From an uncultured Candidatus Entotheonella sp. (GTDB taxonomy: Bacteria; Tectomicrobia; Entotheonellia; Entotheonellales; Entotheonellaceae): a stretch of 64,000 bases of DNA. The notes under the pieces are model-generated. The model was not told the DNA's origin. It saw only the letters and a program-made list of their open reading frames with translations, and did no database searches. Of this stretch, positions 28,193 to 38,796 are shown piece after piece (within the stretch, counting starts at the first letter, position 1; every line of letters begins with the position of its first letter). Location of the stretch: NCBI GenBank assembly GCA_965217185.1, contig OZ244252.1, forward strand, positions 3,808,001 to 3,872,000, read 5' to 3'. Position numbers and translations under genes: made by a program.

Positions 28193-29206
28193 TTAATCGT
28201 CAGTGAGCCGAACGAGCATTTTGCCCATGTTGTCGCCGGTAAACAGGCCGATGAACGCCTTGGGGGTGTTTTCCAGGCCATCGACGATGGTCTCTTCCCA
28301 CTTGAGTTTGCCGGCTTGTATCCAGGCGGTCATGTCGGCGTGGAATTGGGGCTGGCGGTCGGGGTGGTCGGAGACGATGAAGCCCTGCAGGGTGAGGCGC
28401 TTGCGAACGGCGTGGGTCAGGTTGCTGGGGCCAGGGGCAACTTGGTTGTATTGCGAGATCATGCCACACAGAGCGAGGCGGCCGAAGGGGTTCATGTGTT
28501 CCAGCGCCGCTTCCAGGTGGGCGCCGCCGACGTTTTCAAAGTAGACGTCGATACCGTCCGGGCACAGGCGGCCGACTTCTTCAACCAGGGAGGCCGCTTC
28601 TTTGTAGTTCAAGGCTTCGTCGACGCCGGCGACGTCCTGCAGCCACTGCACCTTGGCTGCCGAGCCGGCGCTGCCCACCACGCGGCAGCCTTTGATCTTG
28701 GCGATTTGGCATACCACCATGCCGACGGCACCGGCAGCGCCCGACACGAACACCGTTTCGCCTTCGCGCGGCTTGCCGATGTCGAGCAGCCCGACGTAGG
28801 CCGTCAGGCCCGGCATGCCCATGGTGCCGAGGTAGGCTTGCAGCGGTACGCCTTGCGGCTCGACCTTGGTCAGGTCGCCGCCGTTGGAAACGTAACACTC
28901 GCGCCAGCCGGAGCGGCTTGAGACGTAGTCGCCCTCCCGAAAATCCGCGTTCCCCCGCGACGCAATGACCTGCCCGACGCAGCCGCCCTCAAGCACTTGA
29001 CCGATCTGAAACGGCGGCACGTAGCTGGGACGGTCGTACATGCGGCCGCGCATGTACGGATCGACGGACAAGTAATGGTTGCGCACCAGAACTTCGCCAG
29101 CCGCCGGTTCGGAAAGTGTCACTTCGACGAGGGCAAAGTCTTCCTCGCTCGGCAGGCCGACAGGGCGGCGTTGGAGATGGATTTCGCGGCTACGGGTGGC
29201 GGTCAT
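28193..29206 (-). CDS. NADP-dependent oxidoreductase (CurA/prostaglandin reductase-like MDR)
   Basis: LSVDPYMR, GMPGLTAY, VSGAAGAVG, YFENVGG. Confidence 0.93.
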   Translation of the reverse strand: MTATRSREIHLQRRPVGLPSEEDFALVEVTLSEPAAGEVLVRNHYLSVDPYMRGRMYDRPSYVPPFQIGQVLEGGCVGQVIASRGNADFREGDYVSSRSGWRECYVSNGGDLTKVEPQGVPLQAYLGTMGMPGLTAYVGLLDIGKPREGETVFVSGAAGAVGMVVCQIAKIKGCRVVGSAGSAAKVQWLQDVAGVDEALNYKEAASLVEEVGRLCPDGIDVYFENVGGAHLEAALEHMNPFGRLALCGMISQYNQVAPGPSNLTHAVRKRLTLQGFIVSDHPDRQPQFHADMTAWIQAGKLKWEETIVDGLENTPKAFIGLFTGDNMGKMLVRLTDD

Positions 29207-29619
29207 TGGGTCACTCCTCGGTAGGTAGTCCGGTTGCGAAATGGTGTGTGTTGAACGGCTTGGTTCACCTTGGCAAGATGCGGAATCTTACGTGACATGC
29301 AAGCGGCTCACAAGGCCGTTAAACGGTGCTTCTGTAGGCTGATTTTAGGATTTGCAGCAGGCATGTTAACGCGCTATAGTATGCCCCGTTCAACGATGAT
29401 CTGCTTCGAAACCCTCCTGCACATTGTCGGTTGCTGTCCGAGTTGCCTGCTGGCCTCGACGCTCATGCGCTATTTTTAGGTAACGCCCGCGAGCTAGGGT
29501 CTGCGATGCAGGTACAAAGTTGATAACATTTCTCACAATCAAGCGGTGCCATGCAAGGGCAAGACACACCGGCGGCTCGCAATTGAGCAGAGGTTCCGTC
29601 GGAATGGAGACTTGAGGCT

Positions 29620-31833
29620 ATGAGACGTTACCGAGTCAACAACGCACAAGAGCAGGCGGCAAAACGCCGTTCCCTGGCTCTGGTGTTCCTTGTGGGTCTG
29701 TTGCTGCTCGGCGTCTGTGCCGAAATGGTCCAGGCGGTGGAAGTGCCGCTGCCGACCAAGGAAGACATGGTTTACGGTGACTTCCCGGTCGTCGGTCGCC
29801 GCGTCGCGGTTTGGGTGATCGCGCAGTTGCACCTGATGTTCGGCGCCTTCGTGGTTGGTGTGCCGCTGTTCATCTTAATCATTGAAGTCCTGGGCGCCGC
29901 AACGAAGAACCAGCAGTACGACGACTTGGCGCACGAATTCACCCGCCTCCTCAGTGTTGCCTTTTCCACCACCGCCATCTTCGGCGGCATCTTGGTGTTC
30001 TTCCTGATCGGCCTCTATCCCACCTTCATGAATTTCCTGGTCAGTATTTTCTTCCCCTCCATGGTGGTCTATGTCTTCCTGTTCTTCGGCGAAAGCTTCA
30101 GCATGTACCTCTACTACTTCGGCTGGGACAGCCTGAAGGGCACGACGCGCAGCGTCGGGGCGGTGATCGGCACGTCGGCCGTGAGTGTGTTGGTTCTGTA
30201 CCCGGGGCTGTTGTTACTGCTGGCGCTGCCGTCCCTGTTCATGGGCGGCGGCTGGGCGGTGAGCTTCCCGGTGTCGTACGGACTGGCCGGAGTGCTGTTC
30301 GTCGCGCTGCTGGCGCACGGGCTGCGACCGGGCAAGAGCAGCTTTGTCCATAGCCGCAAATGGATGCATATCTGCTTCGGTATTCTGTTGAACTACTTCG
30401 GTCTGACTCTGATGATGATCTCCAACTCGTGGGCGACGTTCATGACGTCGCCGTCGGGGGTCAATCTGGACGCCGGGGTGTTCCAGGGCACGACCTGGGA
30501 CGCGATGCGCAACTTCACGTGGATGCCGGTCAACCTGCACCGCTTCATTGCCAACATTGCCTTTGGCGGTTCGGTCGTGGCGGCCTATGCGGCGTTTCGT
30601 TTCCTGTCGGCGGCGCGCAATTCCCCCGAGCGGGCGCACTACGACTGGATGGGCTACATCGGCAATTTTATCGCCCTGATCGGGCTGATTCCGTTGCCCT
30701 TCGCGGGCTACTGGCTGGGCCGCGAAATTTATGGCTACGACCAGCAGCTCGGCATCACCATGATGGGCGGCATCTTCTCCTGGCTGTTCATCCTGCAGGC
30801 GGTGCTGATCGGCGCTTTGTTCCTGGGCGCTAACTACTACCTGTGGCTGGGCATGGAGCGCATCCCGGGGTCGGAGCGTTACCGTAAGTTCACGCCCGTC
30901 ATGCTCGGCGTGCTGACGGTGTGCTTCCTCGTATGGCTGACACCGCACAGCCTTGTGGCGAGTCTGGAAGAGGCCCGCAAGATGGGCGGCGCGCACCACC
31001 CGATGCTCGGCGTTTTCGGGGTCATGTCGGCCAAGAACACCGTCGTCAACCTGATGATCCTCACTACCTTCCTGAGCTTCCTGCTGTATCGCCGCGGCAA
31101 CAAAGGCGATCGGGTGCCCTTTGCCCAGCAAAGCAATGCGTCGAAAGTCACCCTCATGATCATTGCGGCCTTGGGAATCGTCCTCATGTGGCAGCTCAAT
31201 GCGCCGCTGGCCGATCCGGCCCAGATGACCGGGCGCTTGGTGCTATGGGCGTTCGAGGCCCTCACGGTGGTCGTTGCGGTGGCCCTCGTCCTGAACGACC
31301 GCGGCACCCTGGGGCAGGCGTTGCTCTTTGCCATGTCGGCGGTGGTGGTGGTGTTCTACGGGATTTACGGGTACTACGTTGAAGCCATCGTGCGCATCGG
31401 TTTTTCCATTCTGCAGGTGTCCTCGGTATTGCTGGTGCTGCTTGTGGCTACGACCATCGACATCGTGATCTTCCGCGGTGCGCCGCTGGTCGGCGAAATC
31501 CGTTGGGGCCGGATTCCGGAGCGGGCGCAGTACGTCCTGTTTGTGCTGGCCACGTCCTTCACCTGGCTCATGGGCCTGATGGGCTACGCGCGTTCGGGCC
31601 TGCGCACGCACTGGCATATCTTCAACGTGATGCGGGACTATTCGTCGGATGCCTTTACCCCGACGTTGGGTTATGCCTGCGGGGTGATTTCGATCATCGT
31701 GATGGTGTTTCTGCTCTTGGTGAGTTTCATTTTCTGGCTGGCCCATATGGGCTCGGTGGGACACGCGCAGGAGGAAGCGGTGCTACACGGGGGCGCGTCC
31801 CCGGTTCTGCAACCCGGCGGCGGCGCAGACTAG
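29620..31833 (+). CDS. Cytochrome bd ubiquinol oxidase subunit I-like membrane protein (Nitrospira/Nitrospina-type 'bd-like')
   Basis: QLHLMF (H19 equivalent), FFGE..YYFGWD, NSWATFMTSP, NLHRFIA (H186 equivalent); many TM helices. Confidence 0.85.
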   Translation: MRRYRVNNAQEQAAKRRSLALVFLVGLLLLGVCAEMVQAVEVPLPTKEDMVYGDFPVVGRRVAVWVIAQLHLMFGAFVVGVPLFILIIEVLGAATKNQQYDDLAHEFTRLLSVAFSTTAIFGGILVFFLIGLYPTFMNFLVSIFFPSMVVYVFLFFGESFSMYLYYFGWDSLKGTTRSVGAVIGTSAVSVLVLYPGLLLLLALPSLFMGGGWAVSFPVSYGLAGVLFVALLAHGLRPGKSSFVHSRKWMHICFGILLNYFGLTLMMISNSWATFMTSPSGVNLDAGVFQGTTWDAMRNFTWMPVNLHRFIANIAFGGSVVAAYAAFRFLSAARNSPERAHYDWMGYIGNFIALIGLIPLPFAGYWLGREIYGYDQQLGITMMGGIFSWLFILQAVLIGALFLGANYYLWLGMERIPGSERYRKFTPVMLGVLTVCFLVWLTPHSLVASLEEARKMGGAHHPMLGVFGVMSAKNTVVNLMILTTFLSFLLYRRGNKGDRVPFAQQSNASKVTLMIIAALGIVLMWQLNAPLADPAQMTGRLVLWAFEALTVVVAVALVLNDRGTLGQALLFAMSAVVVVFYGIYGYYVEAIVRIGFSILQVSSVLLVLLVATTIDIVIFRGAPLVGEIRWGRIPERAQYVLFVLATSFTWLMGLMGYARSGLRTHWHIFNVMRDYSSDAFTPTLGYACGVISIIVMVFLLLVSFIFWLAHMGSVGHAQEEAVLHGGASPVLQPGGGAD

Positions 31834-31845
31834 GAAAGCGGCGAC

Positions 31846-32682
31846 ATGTTGACATTTCTGAAGGTTTTGGCGTTTAACGGCTTGGTCATCCTGTTCTTCT
31901 GGTACGTCGGCAACAGCATCCCGCAGCAGCGGAAAGACCCGCCCAAGGAGTCCGACCTGACGGCGGACATGGCGCCTGAGGCGTTCGTGGCGGCCGGGCA
32001 GGAAATCTTCTACGGCAAGGGCACCTGCGCGCTGTGCCACACGATCGGCGAAAAGGGCGAGCGCTGCCCGAATCTCGCCGGTATCGGCGAGTTGGCCGAC
32101 GCGCGGGTTCAGGAGGCCGGTTACCAAGGCGACGCGAGTAACGGCCCGGAATACGTGGTGGAGTCGCTGCACAACCCGGCGGTGTACGTGGTTGACGGCT
32201 ACCAGCCCACCATGCCGTCTTTGGGACGCCAGTTGAACGATCTCGAAATCGTTGCCGTGGTTGCCTTTTTGCAGTCGCTCGGCGGTGAAGTGACGGTGAC
32301 GGGCGAAACGCGATTCCCCAAATATCGCGGCGAGGGCGATGCGGCGATGGCCGCGGCGCCGGCCGCCGGGGCAGCTCCTGCCGACGTTGCGGCGTCGGGC
32401 GGTACGGGCCCGGAACTGGCAGCGCAGTGGGGATGCATCGCCTGTCACAGCCTGGACGCGCCGGTTCGCTTGGTGGGCCCCAGCCTGTGGGACATCGGGG
32501 CGCGTCAGGACGAGCATTTCATTCGTGAATCCATCCTCAAGCCAGACGCCGTGGTTGCGGAAGGCTTCCCGCCGAGTTTGATGCAATTGACGTTGAACGG
32601 CACGGGCTTCTACCAAAAGCTTGCGCTGCAGGACCTCAACACGCTGGTGGATTACTTGGCATCACTCAAGGGCGGCCAGTAG
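31846..32682 (+). CDS. Membrane-anchored diheme cytochrome c
   Basis: CALCH and CIACH; N-terminal TM. Confidence 0.9.
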   Translation: MLTFLKVLAFNGLVILFFWYVGNSIPQQRKDPPKESDLTADMAPEAFVAAGQEIFYGKGTCALCHTIGEKGERCPNLAGIGELADARVQEAGYQGDASNGPEYVVESLHNPAVYVVDGYQPTMPSLGRQLNDLEIVAVVAFLQSLGGEVTVTGETRFPKYRGEGDAAMAAAPAAGAAPADVAASGGTGPELAAQWGCIACHSLDAPVRLVGPSLWDIGARQDEHFIRESILKPDAVVAEGFPPSLMQLTLNGTGFYQKLALQDLNTLVDYLASLKGGQ

Positions 32683-32720
32683 GCCCGGCGCCGGATTTCG
32701 GTCCGGAATTGGAGTAACTC

Positions 32721-33512
32721 ATGAGACGCGGATTGTCTATTCATCTTAAATGTTTGCTCATCCTGCTTGCGGCGATTTTTGTTTTCAGCGTCGTGGTGCC
32801 CTTCGTTTCCGCGCCGATCCCCGGGCAGCTCTATGGCTGGTACGTGATCACGACGCTGTCCGTGATTTTCCTCTACGTCTCGTCCAGCGAGGCGTCGTGG
32901 GAGGAATTCATCACCCCGGTGCGGAACCTCCTGTTGGCGCGCACGGCTCTCATGAAGCCGTTGCGGATTGCCGTGTTCATCGTCGTGCCGCTGCTCTGCG
33001 GCTGGTATTTTTCCACCTGGGCGGCGGGCGGTTCCGCGCCGCCGGGCGGTTCGCGGGTCATTCACCCGACGCCTCCCTCATCGGTTAATGTCCAGGGCAA
33101 ACGGTTTGTGTTGCAGGATATTTCGGTCAGCCCCATTCGTGAGGACGAGGCGCATCTCGCCGAGCACATCGAGAAGGGGCGCGTCGTCTACTACGAAAAC
33201 TGTTTCTTCTGCCACGGTGACGCCCTGCAGGGCAAGGGGCACTTCGCCAAGGGGTTCAACCCGCCGCCGGCGGATTTTCAGGACACCGGGACGATTGCGC
33301 AGTTGTCGGAATCCTACCTGTTCTGGCGCATTGCCAAGGGCGGGCCGGGATTGCCGGGTGAATCGGCGCCGTGGGATTCGGCGATGCCGGTCTGGGAGGA
33401 CTTCCTCACGGAAGAGGAAATCTGGCAGGTCATTGCTTACTTGTATGACACCACAGGGCACGGGCCGCGCGTCATGGATCACGGCGGCGGTGAAGGTGGT
33501 GGGGGACACTAG
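32721..33512 (+). CDS. Membrane cytochrome c (monoheme)
   Basis: N-terminal TM segments, CFFCH, SAMP. Confidence 0.9.
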   Translation: MRRGLSIHLKCLLILLAAIFVFSVVVPFVSAPIPGQLYGWYVITTLSVIFLYVSSSEASWEEFITPVRNLLLARTALMKPLRIAVFIVVPLLCGWYFSTWAAGGSAPPGGSRVIHPTPPSSVNVQGKRFVLQDISVSPIREDEAHLAEHIEKGRVVYYENCFFCHGDALQGKGHFAKGFNPPPADFQDTGTIAQLSESYLFWRIAKGGPGLPGESAPWDSAMPVWEDFLTEEEIWQVIAYLYDTTGHGPRVMDHGGGEGGGGH

Positions 33513-35153
33513 GTGCGAGGAGTGACGGTGAGCGAGCAACGGATAACACGGGGTCGGGGCGTAAGTGCACTGGCATGCTGCATCGGTGTAGGACTGTGGC
33601 TGTTTCTGTCGCTGCTAGGTGCCCCCCCTGTAAACGCCCAGCCTACGGAAGCGGACCTCGAAGCCGGTGAGCAGATTTACCTCCAGCGTTGCGCGCACTG
33701 CCACGGCGTGGAAGGCGACGGGGTGGGGGCTTCGACGGATGTCGTCTATCCCAAGCCGCGCGATTTCACTTCCGGCGTCTACAAGTTCCGCACCCGCCAT
33801 GAGAGCGAGGAGGGCAACTGGTTGGCCGCCGACTCCGATATCGCCCGCAGCATTCGCGAGGGGCTGCACGGCTCGTCCATGCCGGGCTGGGAAACGGTTT
33901 TGACTGCTCAGCAGATCGACCAGTTGGTGCATTACATCAAGACGTTCGCCGACGTGTTCGAGGAAGACACGCCGGGGCCGGAGCTCAGCTTCGCCAACGA
34001 GATTCCCTCGTCGCCGGAAAGCATTGCCAAGGGCAAGGAAGTTTTCGAGACCGTCTTTGAGTGCCACACCTGCCACGGAACGGACGGGCGCGGCAACGGC
34101 GAGGAGGCCCTCGCCGGCCTGGAAGATGACTGGGGCCATCGCACCTGGCCGGCTAATCTGACCAAGCCGTGGACGTACCGCGGCGGCAGCGGGCGGCGTG
34201 ACATCTTCCGTAACATTTCTCTGGGCATTGCGGGTACGCCCATGCCGCCTTTTGCCGATCCGGATCCGCTGGTCGAAGCCCGTGAGACCGACGACCCGGA
34301 AGAGAAGCAAGAGATCGAGGCGCTGGCGCGGGAGTTGCAAGAGAACGTCTGGCACACCGTGAACTATGTCCAATCGTTGTGGACCTATCCGCAGGAGCTC
34401 GAAGTCAAGGCGTCGTTGACTGCCAAGCGGGTCGACGGTGCGCTGCCCGAGAGCCCCGATGACGCGGCGTGGCAGGTGGCGGCCGTCAACTACTACCCGC
34501 TGGTCGGTCAGATCATCCAGGAGCCGCGGCTGTTTGCGCCGATGACCGTCGGCGTGGAAATCCAGGCGCTGCACAACGGCGAGGAAGTTGCCTTTCGCCT
34601 GGTATGGGACGACCGCACCGAGAGCGCGTCGGGCGAGAGCGAGGAGATGGAGACCTACGTGGACGCCGTCGCCCTGCAGTTCTCTTCCAAGCCGCTGTCC
34701 GGCATGGAGAAGCCGTATTTCCTCATGGGCGACGCGAGCTACCCGACCGACCTGTGGTATTGGCGCAGCGATCCGGGCGACGCGGTGCTGATCCAGACGC
34801 AGGGCGCCGGGACGTTCCAGGCCGGCGCCGGCGCCGCCGCCGGCGAGCTGGTCAGCCAGGGTCAGTTCGACAACGGGCAATACCGCGTGGTAATCAAGCG
34901 GGCTTTGCAGACGGAGCAAGCTGAAAGGGAAGTTCAGTTTCCGATTGGCGCCTTCATCCCGTTCAGCGTGACGGGGTGGGACGGCTCGAACGGCGAGTCC
35001 GGCGGCTACCAGCGAACGGTGATGGCCTGGTACAGCCTGTACCTGGAGCCGGAGCCCTCGAAGGCGCCCATCTATCTTTTGTTGGCCGGCATTGGCTTTG
35101 GATTGATCGTGGAATTCTCGGCGCTGTATGTGACGCGGAAAAATCACGGCTGA
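33513..35153 (+). CDS. Diheme cytochrome c fused to an ethylbenzene-dehydrogenase-gamma-like (DOMON) domain
   Basis: CAHCH, CHTCH, PKPRDFT; AFRLVWDD.T, DAVALQF, WDGSNGE; C-terminal TM. Confidence 0.85.
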   Translation: MRGVTVSEQRITRGRGVSALACCIGVGLWLFLSLLGAPPVNAQPTEADLEAGEQIYLQRCAHCHGVEGDGVGASTDVVYPKPRDFTSGVYKFRTRHESEEGNWLAADSDIARSIREGLHGSSMPGWETVLTAQQIDQLVHYIKTFADVFEEDTPGPELSFANEIPSSPESIAKGKEVFETVFECHTCHGTDGRGNGEEALAGLEDDWGHRTWPANLTKPWTYRGGSGRRDIFRNISLGIAGTPMPPFADPDPLVEARETDDPEEKQEIEALARELQENVWHTVNYVQSLWTYPQELEVKASLTAKRVDGALPESPDDAAWQVAAVNYYPLVGQIIQEPRLFAPMTVGVEIQALHNGEEVAFRLVWDDRTESASGESEEMETYVDAVALQFSSKPLSGMEKPYFLMGDASYPTDLWYWRSDPGDAVLIQTQGAGTFQAGAGAAAGELVSQGQFDNGQYRVVIKRALQTEQAEREVQFPIGAFIPFSVTGWDGSNGESGGYQRTVMAWYSLYLEPEPSKAPIYLLLAGIGFGLIVEFSALYVTRKNHG

Positions 35154-35179
35154 CCCTGTGAGACACCGGAGGGAAATGG

Positions 35180-35980
35180 ATGCTTGAGCAGCTTATCGAT
35201 CTTATGAACCGGCTGAACGTCAACATGCTGACTTGGCTGCCGGAGGCCGCCTCGACGTACGCGCAGGCAATCGACGAGGTTTTCTACATTATCTATATCA
35301 TCACCGGGTTGGCGTTTCTGCTGGTGACGGTGTTGATGTTCTGGTTTCTCCTCCAGTTCAGAGCCAGACCCGGCCGCCGGGCGCGCTATTCGCACGGCAA
35401 CGTGGCTCTGGAGTTGATATGGACCATCGTCCCAACCATCGTGTTTCTGGGCATCTTCTTCTATAGCCAGTCCACTTGGTCCATCATCAAATATCCTTCC
35501 GAATTCCCCGAAAGCAGCGTACAAGTACGGGTCGTAGCCAAGCAGTTTGCCTGGGAGTTTCATTACCCCGGTCCTGACGGCGAGTTCGACACCGATGACG
35601 ACAAAATGTTCGACGGCGACATGTACGTGCCGGTGAACCAGGTCGTGGGGCTGACGCTGCGCGGCTCGGACGTGATTCATAGCTTTTTCGTGCCGCAGTT
35701 TCGCCTGAAGCAGGATATATTGCCGCGTCGTGACATCCCGGCGTGGTTCAACGCCACCAAGACCGGGCGGTTCGAAGCGCCTTGCGCCGAGTTGTGCGGT
35801 CCGGGGCATTCCGGCATGAAGGGCTGGGTGAACGTCTACGACGATGCCGAGTATCAGGCCTGGGTTGCCGAACAGTGGCCGCCGGCGCCTGCAGAGGCTC
35901 CCGTGGATGCCGGCGCAGGGGAAATGGGCCAGGAGGACGTGCCGCAGGGCGTTGTGCCGCCGCAGGGTGACGTGGACTAA
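35180..35980 (+). CDS. coxB: Cytochrome c oxidase subunit II
   Basis: LELIWT, DVIHSF, CuA motif CAELCGPGHSGM. Confidence 0.96.
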   Translation: MLEQLIDLMNRLNVNMLTWLPEAASTYAQAIDEVFYIIYIITGLAFLLVTVLMFWFLLQFRARPGRRARYSHGNVALELIWTIVPTIVFLGIFFYSQSTWSIIKYPSEFPESSVQVRVVAKQFAWEFHYPGPDGEFDTDDDKMFDGDMYVPVNQVVGLTLRGSDVIHSFFVPQFRLKQDILPRRDIPAWFNATKTGRFEAPCAELCGPGHSGMKGWVNVYDDAEYQAWVAEQWPPAPAEAPVDAGAGEMGQEDVPQGVVPPQGDVD

Positions 35981-36052
35981 ATGGACCAAGGGGACAGTGG
36001 CCAGGCCGATACCGCGCAATAGCGTTTTTCGCACTTGTTGAAGGGGAGAGTC

Positions 36053-37837
36053 ATGAGTGAATCCAGCGCCGCCACGCACGCCGGGCATCACCGAGAGGGT
36101 TTTGTAAGCCATTATTTGTTCTCGTTCGATCACAAGATGATTGGCCGTCAGTTTCTCTTCACCGGCCTGTTCATGCTGGTTATCGGCGGCCTGTTGGCCA
36201 TGATGGTCCGCTGGCAGCTTGGCTACCCGGAAGAGCCGCTGCCCTTCATGGGCGGTTTTTCCGAGGACTTCTGGGATGGCGAGTCGTGGTGGGCGCAGAC
36301 GGCTTCCTTCGGGATTGTGACGTCCGAGTTCTACAACACGTTGTTCACCATGCACGCCACCATCATGATCTTCTTCGTGGTCATGCCGATCATGATCGGC
36401 GGTTTCGGCAACTTCCTGGTTCCCATTTGCATCGGCGCCAAGGACATGGCGTTCCCGACGCTGAACATGCTGTCATACTGGACCTTCGTGCCCGGCGCGC
36501 TGCTGATGCTGCTGTCGTTCTTCGTTCCCGGCGGTGCGGCGGGCGGCGGCTGGACCAATTACGCCCCCCTGTCGGCGGTGCCGGATTACGCCGGCGTTGA
36601 GGGGCATTGGGGCGTCACGCTATGGTGCATCAGCCTGTTCATCATCGGTTTCTCCTCCCTGATGGGCTCCATCAATTACATCACCACCATCATCAACATG
36701 CGGGCGCCGGGCATGCGCCTGTTCCGCATGCCGCTGACCATCTGGTCCCTGTTCATCGTCGCCATTCTGCTGCTGCTGGCCCTGCCGGTGCTGACCTCAG
36801 CCCTGGCCATGATGATCTTCGACCGTATGTTCGGCACCCACTTCTTCATTCCCGACGGCGGCGGCGAGCCATTGTTGTGGCAACACCTGTTCTGGTTCTT
36901 CGGTCACCCCGAGGTGTACGTCCTGGTGCTGCCGGCCATGGGCGTGACCTCCGACGTGCTGTCCACCTTCGCCCGCAAGCCGATCTTCGGCTACCGCGCC
37001 ATGGTCTACTCGATGTGCGCCATCGCCTTTTTGTCGTGGGTCGTCTGGGGCCATCACATGTTCCAGAGCGGCATGGACCCGGTGCTCGGCACGGCCTTCA
37101 CGCTGACCACCATGCTGATCGCGGTGCCGTCGGCAATCAAGACGTTCAACTGGCTCGGCACCCTGTGGGGCAGTTCCATCCGGTTCACCACGGCCATGTG
37201 GTTCGCCCTCGGGTTCGTATCACTGTTCACCATCGGCGGCCTCAGCGGCATCTTCATGGCGTCGACGCCGGTGGACATTTTCATCCACGATACCTACTAC
37301 ATCGTGGCCCACATTCACTACGTGGTGGCGGGGATCATTTTCGGCATCTTCGCCGGGTTGTACTTCTGGTTTCCGAAAATGTTCGGACGCATGATGAGCG
37401 AAACCCTGGGCAAGCTGCACTTCCTGCTCACCTTCGTGTTTTTCAACCTCACCTTCTTCCCCATGCACTTTCTCGGTGTCGGCGGCCACATGCGGCGTAT
37501 TTACAATCCGACGCAGTATGAATTTTTGCAGCCGTGGCAGGAGATGAACACCTTCATCACGATGATGGCGTTTTGCCTCGGCGCCTCGCAGATTTTCTTC
37601 GTCATCAACTTTATTGGCTCCTTGTTCTGGGGCCGGCGCGCTGAAGCCAACCCCTGGGAGGCCAACACGTTGGAGTGGGATGCGCCCTCGCCGCCACCGC
37701 ACGGCAATTTCATCGAGGACCCGGTGGTTTACCGCGGCGCCTACGAATACAGCTCGCCTGAGGTCGAGGAAGATTGGTTGCCGCAGAGCGTGTATCTGGA
37801 GACGGCGGTGGCCGGGCCGGAGGAGGGTCACGATTAG
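36053..37837 (+). CDS. coxA: Cytochrome c oxidase subunit I (A1 type)
   Basis: DHK.IG, HLFWFFGHPEVY, WGHHM, VAHIHY. Confidence 0.97.
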   Translation: MSESSAATHAGHHREGFVSHYLFSFDHKMIGRQFLFTGLFMLVIGGLLAMMVRWQLGYPEEPLPFMGGFSEDFWDGESWWAQTASFGIVTSEFYNTLFTMHATIMIFFVVMPIMIGGFGNFLVPICIGAKDMAFPTLNMLSYWTFVPGALLMLLSFFVPGGAAGGGWTNYAPLSAVPDYAGVEGHWGVTLWCISLFIIGFSSLMGSINYITTIINMRAPGMRLFRMPLTIWSLFIVAILLLLALPVLTSALAMMIFDRMFGTHFFIPDGGGEPLLWQHLFWFFGHPEVYVLVLPAMGVTSDVLSTFARKPIFGYRAMVYSMCAIAFLSWVVWGHHMFQSGMDPVLGTAFTLTTMLIAVPSAIKTFNWLGTLWGSSIRFTTAMWFALGFVSLFTIGGLSGIFMASTPVDIFIHDTYYIVAHIHYVVAGIIFGIFAGLYFWFPKMFGRMMSETLGKLHFLLTFVFFNLTFFPMHFLGVGGHMRRIYNPTQYEFLQPWQEMNTFITMMAFCLGASQIFFVINFIGSLFWGRRAEANPWEANTLEWDAPSPPPHGNFIEDPVVYRGAYEYSSPEVEEDWLPQSVYLETAVAGPEEGHD

Positions 37838-38796
37838 TGTCTTTGTCGCCGACGCCGCTATGGGTGCACCGCTTGGCGGTAGCACTTATGGTCGCCACGC
37901 TGCTGCTGATTGCCATCGGTGCCTCCGTTACCAGCACAGGCTCCGGGCTGGCGGTGCCCGATTGGCCGTTGTCCTTCGGACAGGTGTTCCCGCCGATGGT
38001 GGGCGGCGTGCTGTACGAGCACAGCCATCGCATGGCGGCGGCCGTTGTCGGCATGCTGACGGTCACCTTGATGGTCGTGATGACCCGCTGGGAATCGCGG
38101 GCGTGGGTGCAATGGATATCCCGCACTGCAGTGCTGGCGGTGGTGTTGCAGGGGTTGCTCGGCGGCATCACGGTGCTGTGGCTCTTGCCGACGGCGGTAT
38201 CGGTCAGCCACGCGTGTCTGGCGCAGGCGTTTCTCTGCCTGACCGTCACGCTTGCGGTGTGCACGGGCCCGAGTTGGCAACAACGGCGGGCCAGCCGGGA
38301 GGAAGACTCGCAGCCGCGTCTGGTTGTGCTGGCGGGCGTCACCACGGGGATGATTTACGTGCAACTTATTCTAGGCGCTCTCATGCGGCACACCGGCGCC
38401 GGCTTGGCGATTCCCGATTTTCCGCTCGCTTTTGGCGGCTTGGTGCCGCCCTTGGACTCGCCGGCGGTACTCATCCATTTCCTGCATCGCGTCGGCGCGT
38501 TGGCGGTGACGCTGTGCATCGCCTGGACCGTCTCGCGGGTCATTCGCCGGCACGCTGGCGAACGGCAATTGCTGCGGCCTGCGCTGACGTTGAGCGGTTT
38601 GCTGCTGGTGCAGCTTACGCTGGGAGCGCTGACCATCTGGACGCGCCGGGCGGTTCTGCCGGTAACCGCGCACGTGGCGGTGGGCGCCGCGGTTCTGGCG
38701 ACAAGTCTGTTTCTCACCCTGCGAAGTGTGCACTTGCTGAATCTTCGTTTCGGGGCTCAAGAGCGGCATTTCTTGACTGAGCAGGTATCGGCATGA
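37837..38796 (+). CDS. ctaA: Heme A synthase (COX15/CtaA)
   Basis: GSGLAVPDWP, EHSHR, LQG.LGG.TV, HFLHR. Confidence 0.92.
   Translation: MSLSPTPLWVHRLAVALMVATLLLIAIGASVTSTGSGLAVPDWPLSFGQVFPPMVGGVLYEHSHRMAAAVVGMLTVTLMVVMTRWESRAWVQWISRTAVLAVVLQGLLGGITVLWLLPTAVSVSHACLAQAFLCLTVTLAVCTGPSWQQRRASREEDSQPRLVVLAGVTTGMIYVQLILGALMRHTGAGLAIPDFPLAFGGLVPPLDSPAVLIHFLHRVGALAVTLCIAWTVSRVIRRHAGERQLLRPALTLSGLLLVQLTLGALTIWTRRAVLPVTAHVAVGAAVLATSLFLTLRSVHLLNLRFGAQERHFLTEQVSA

Noticed and set aside
29519..29542. TTGAT...ATCAA resembling an FNR box upstream of the respiratory operon
   Set aside because: The half-sites are 13 nt apart rather than 4, and the match to Rex or CRP spacing is also poor
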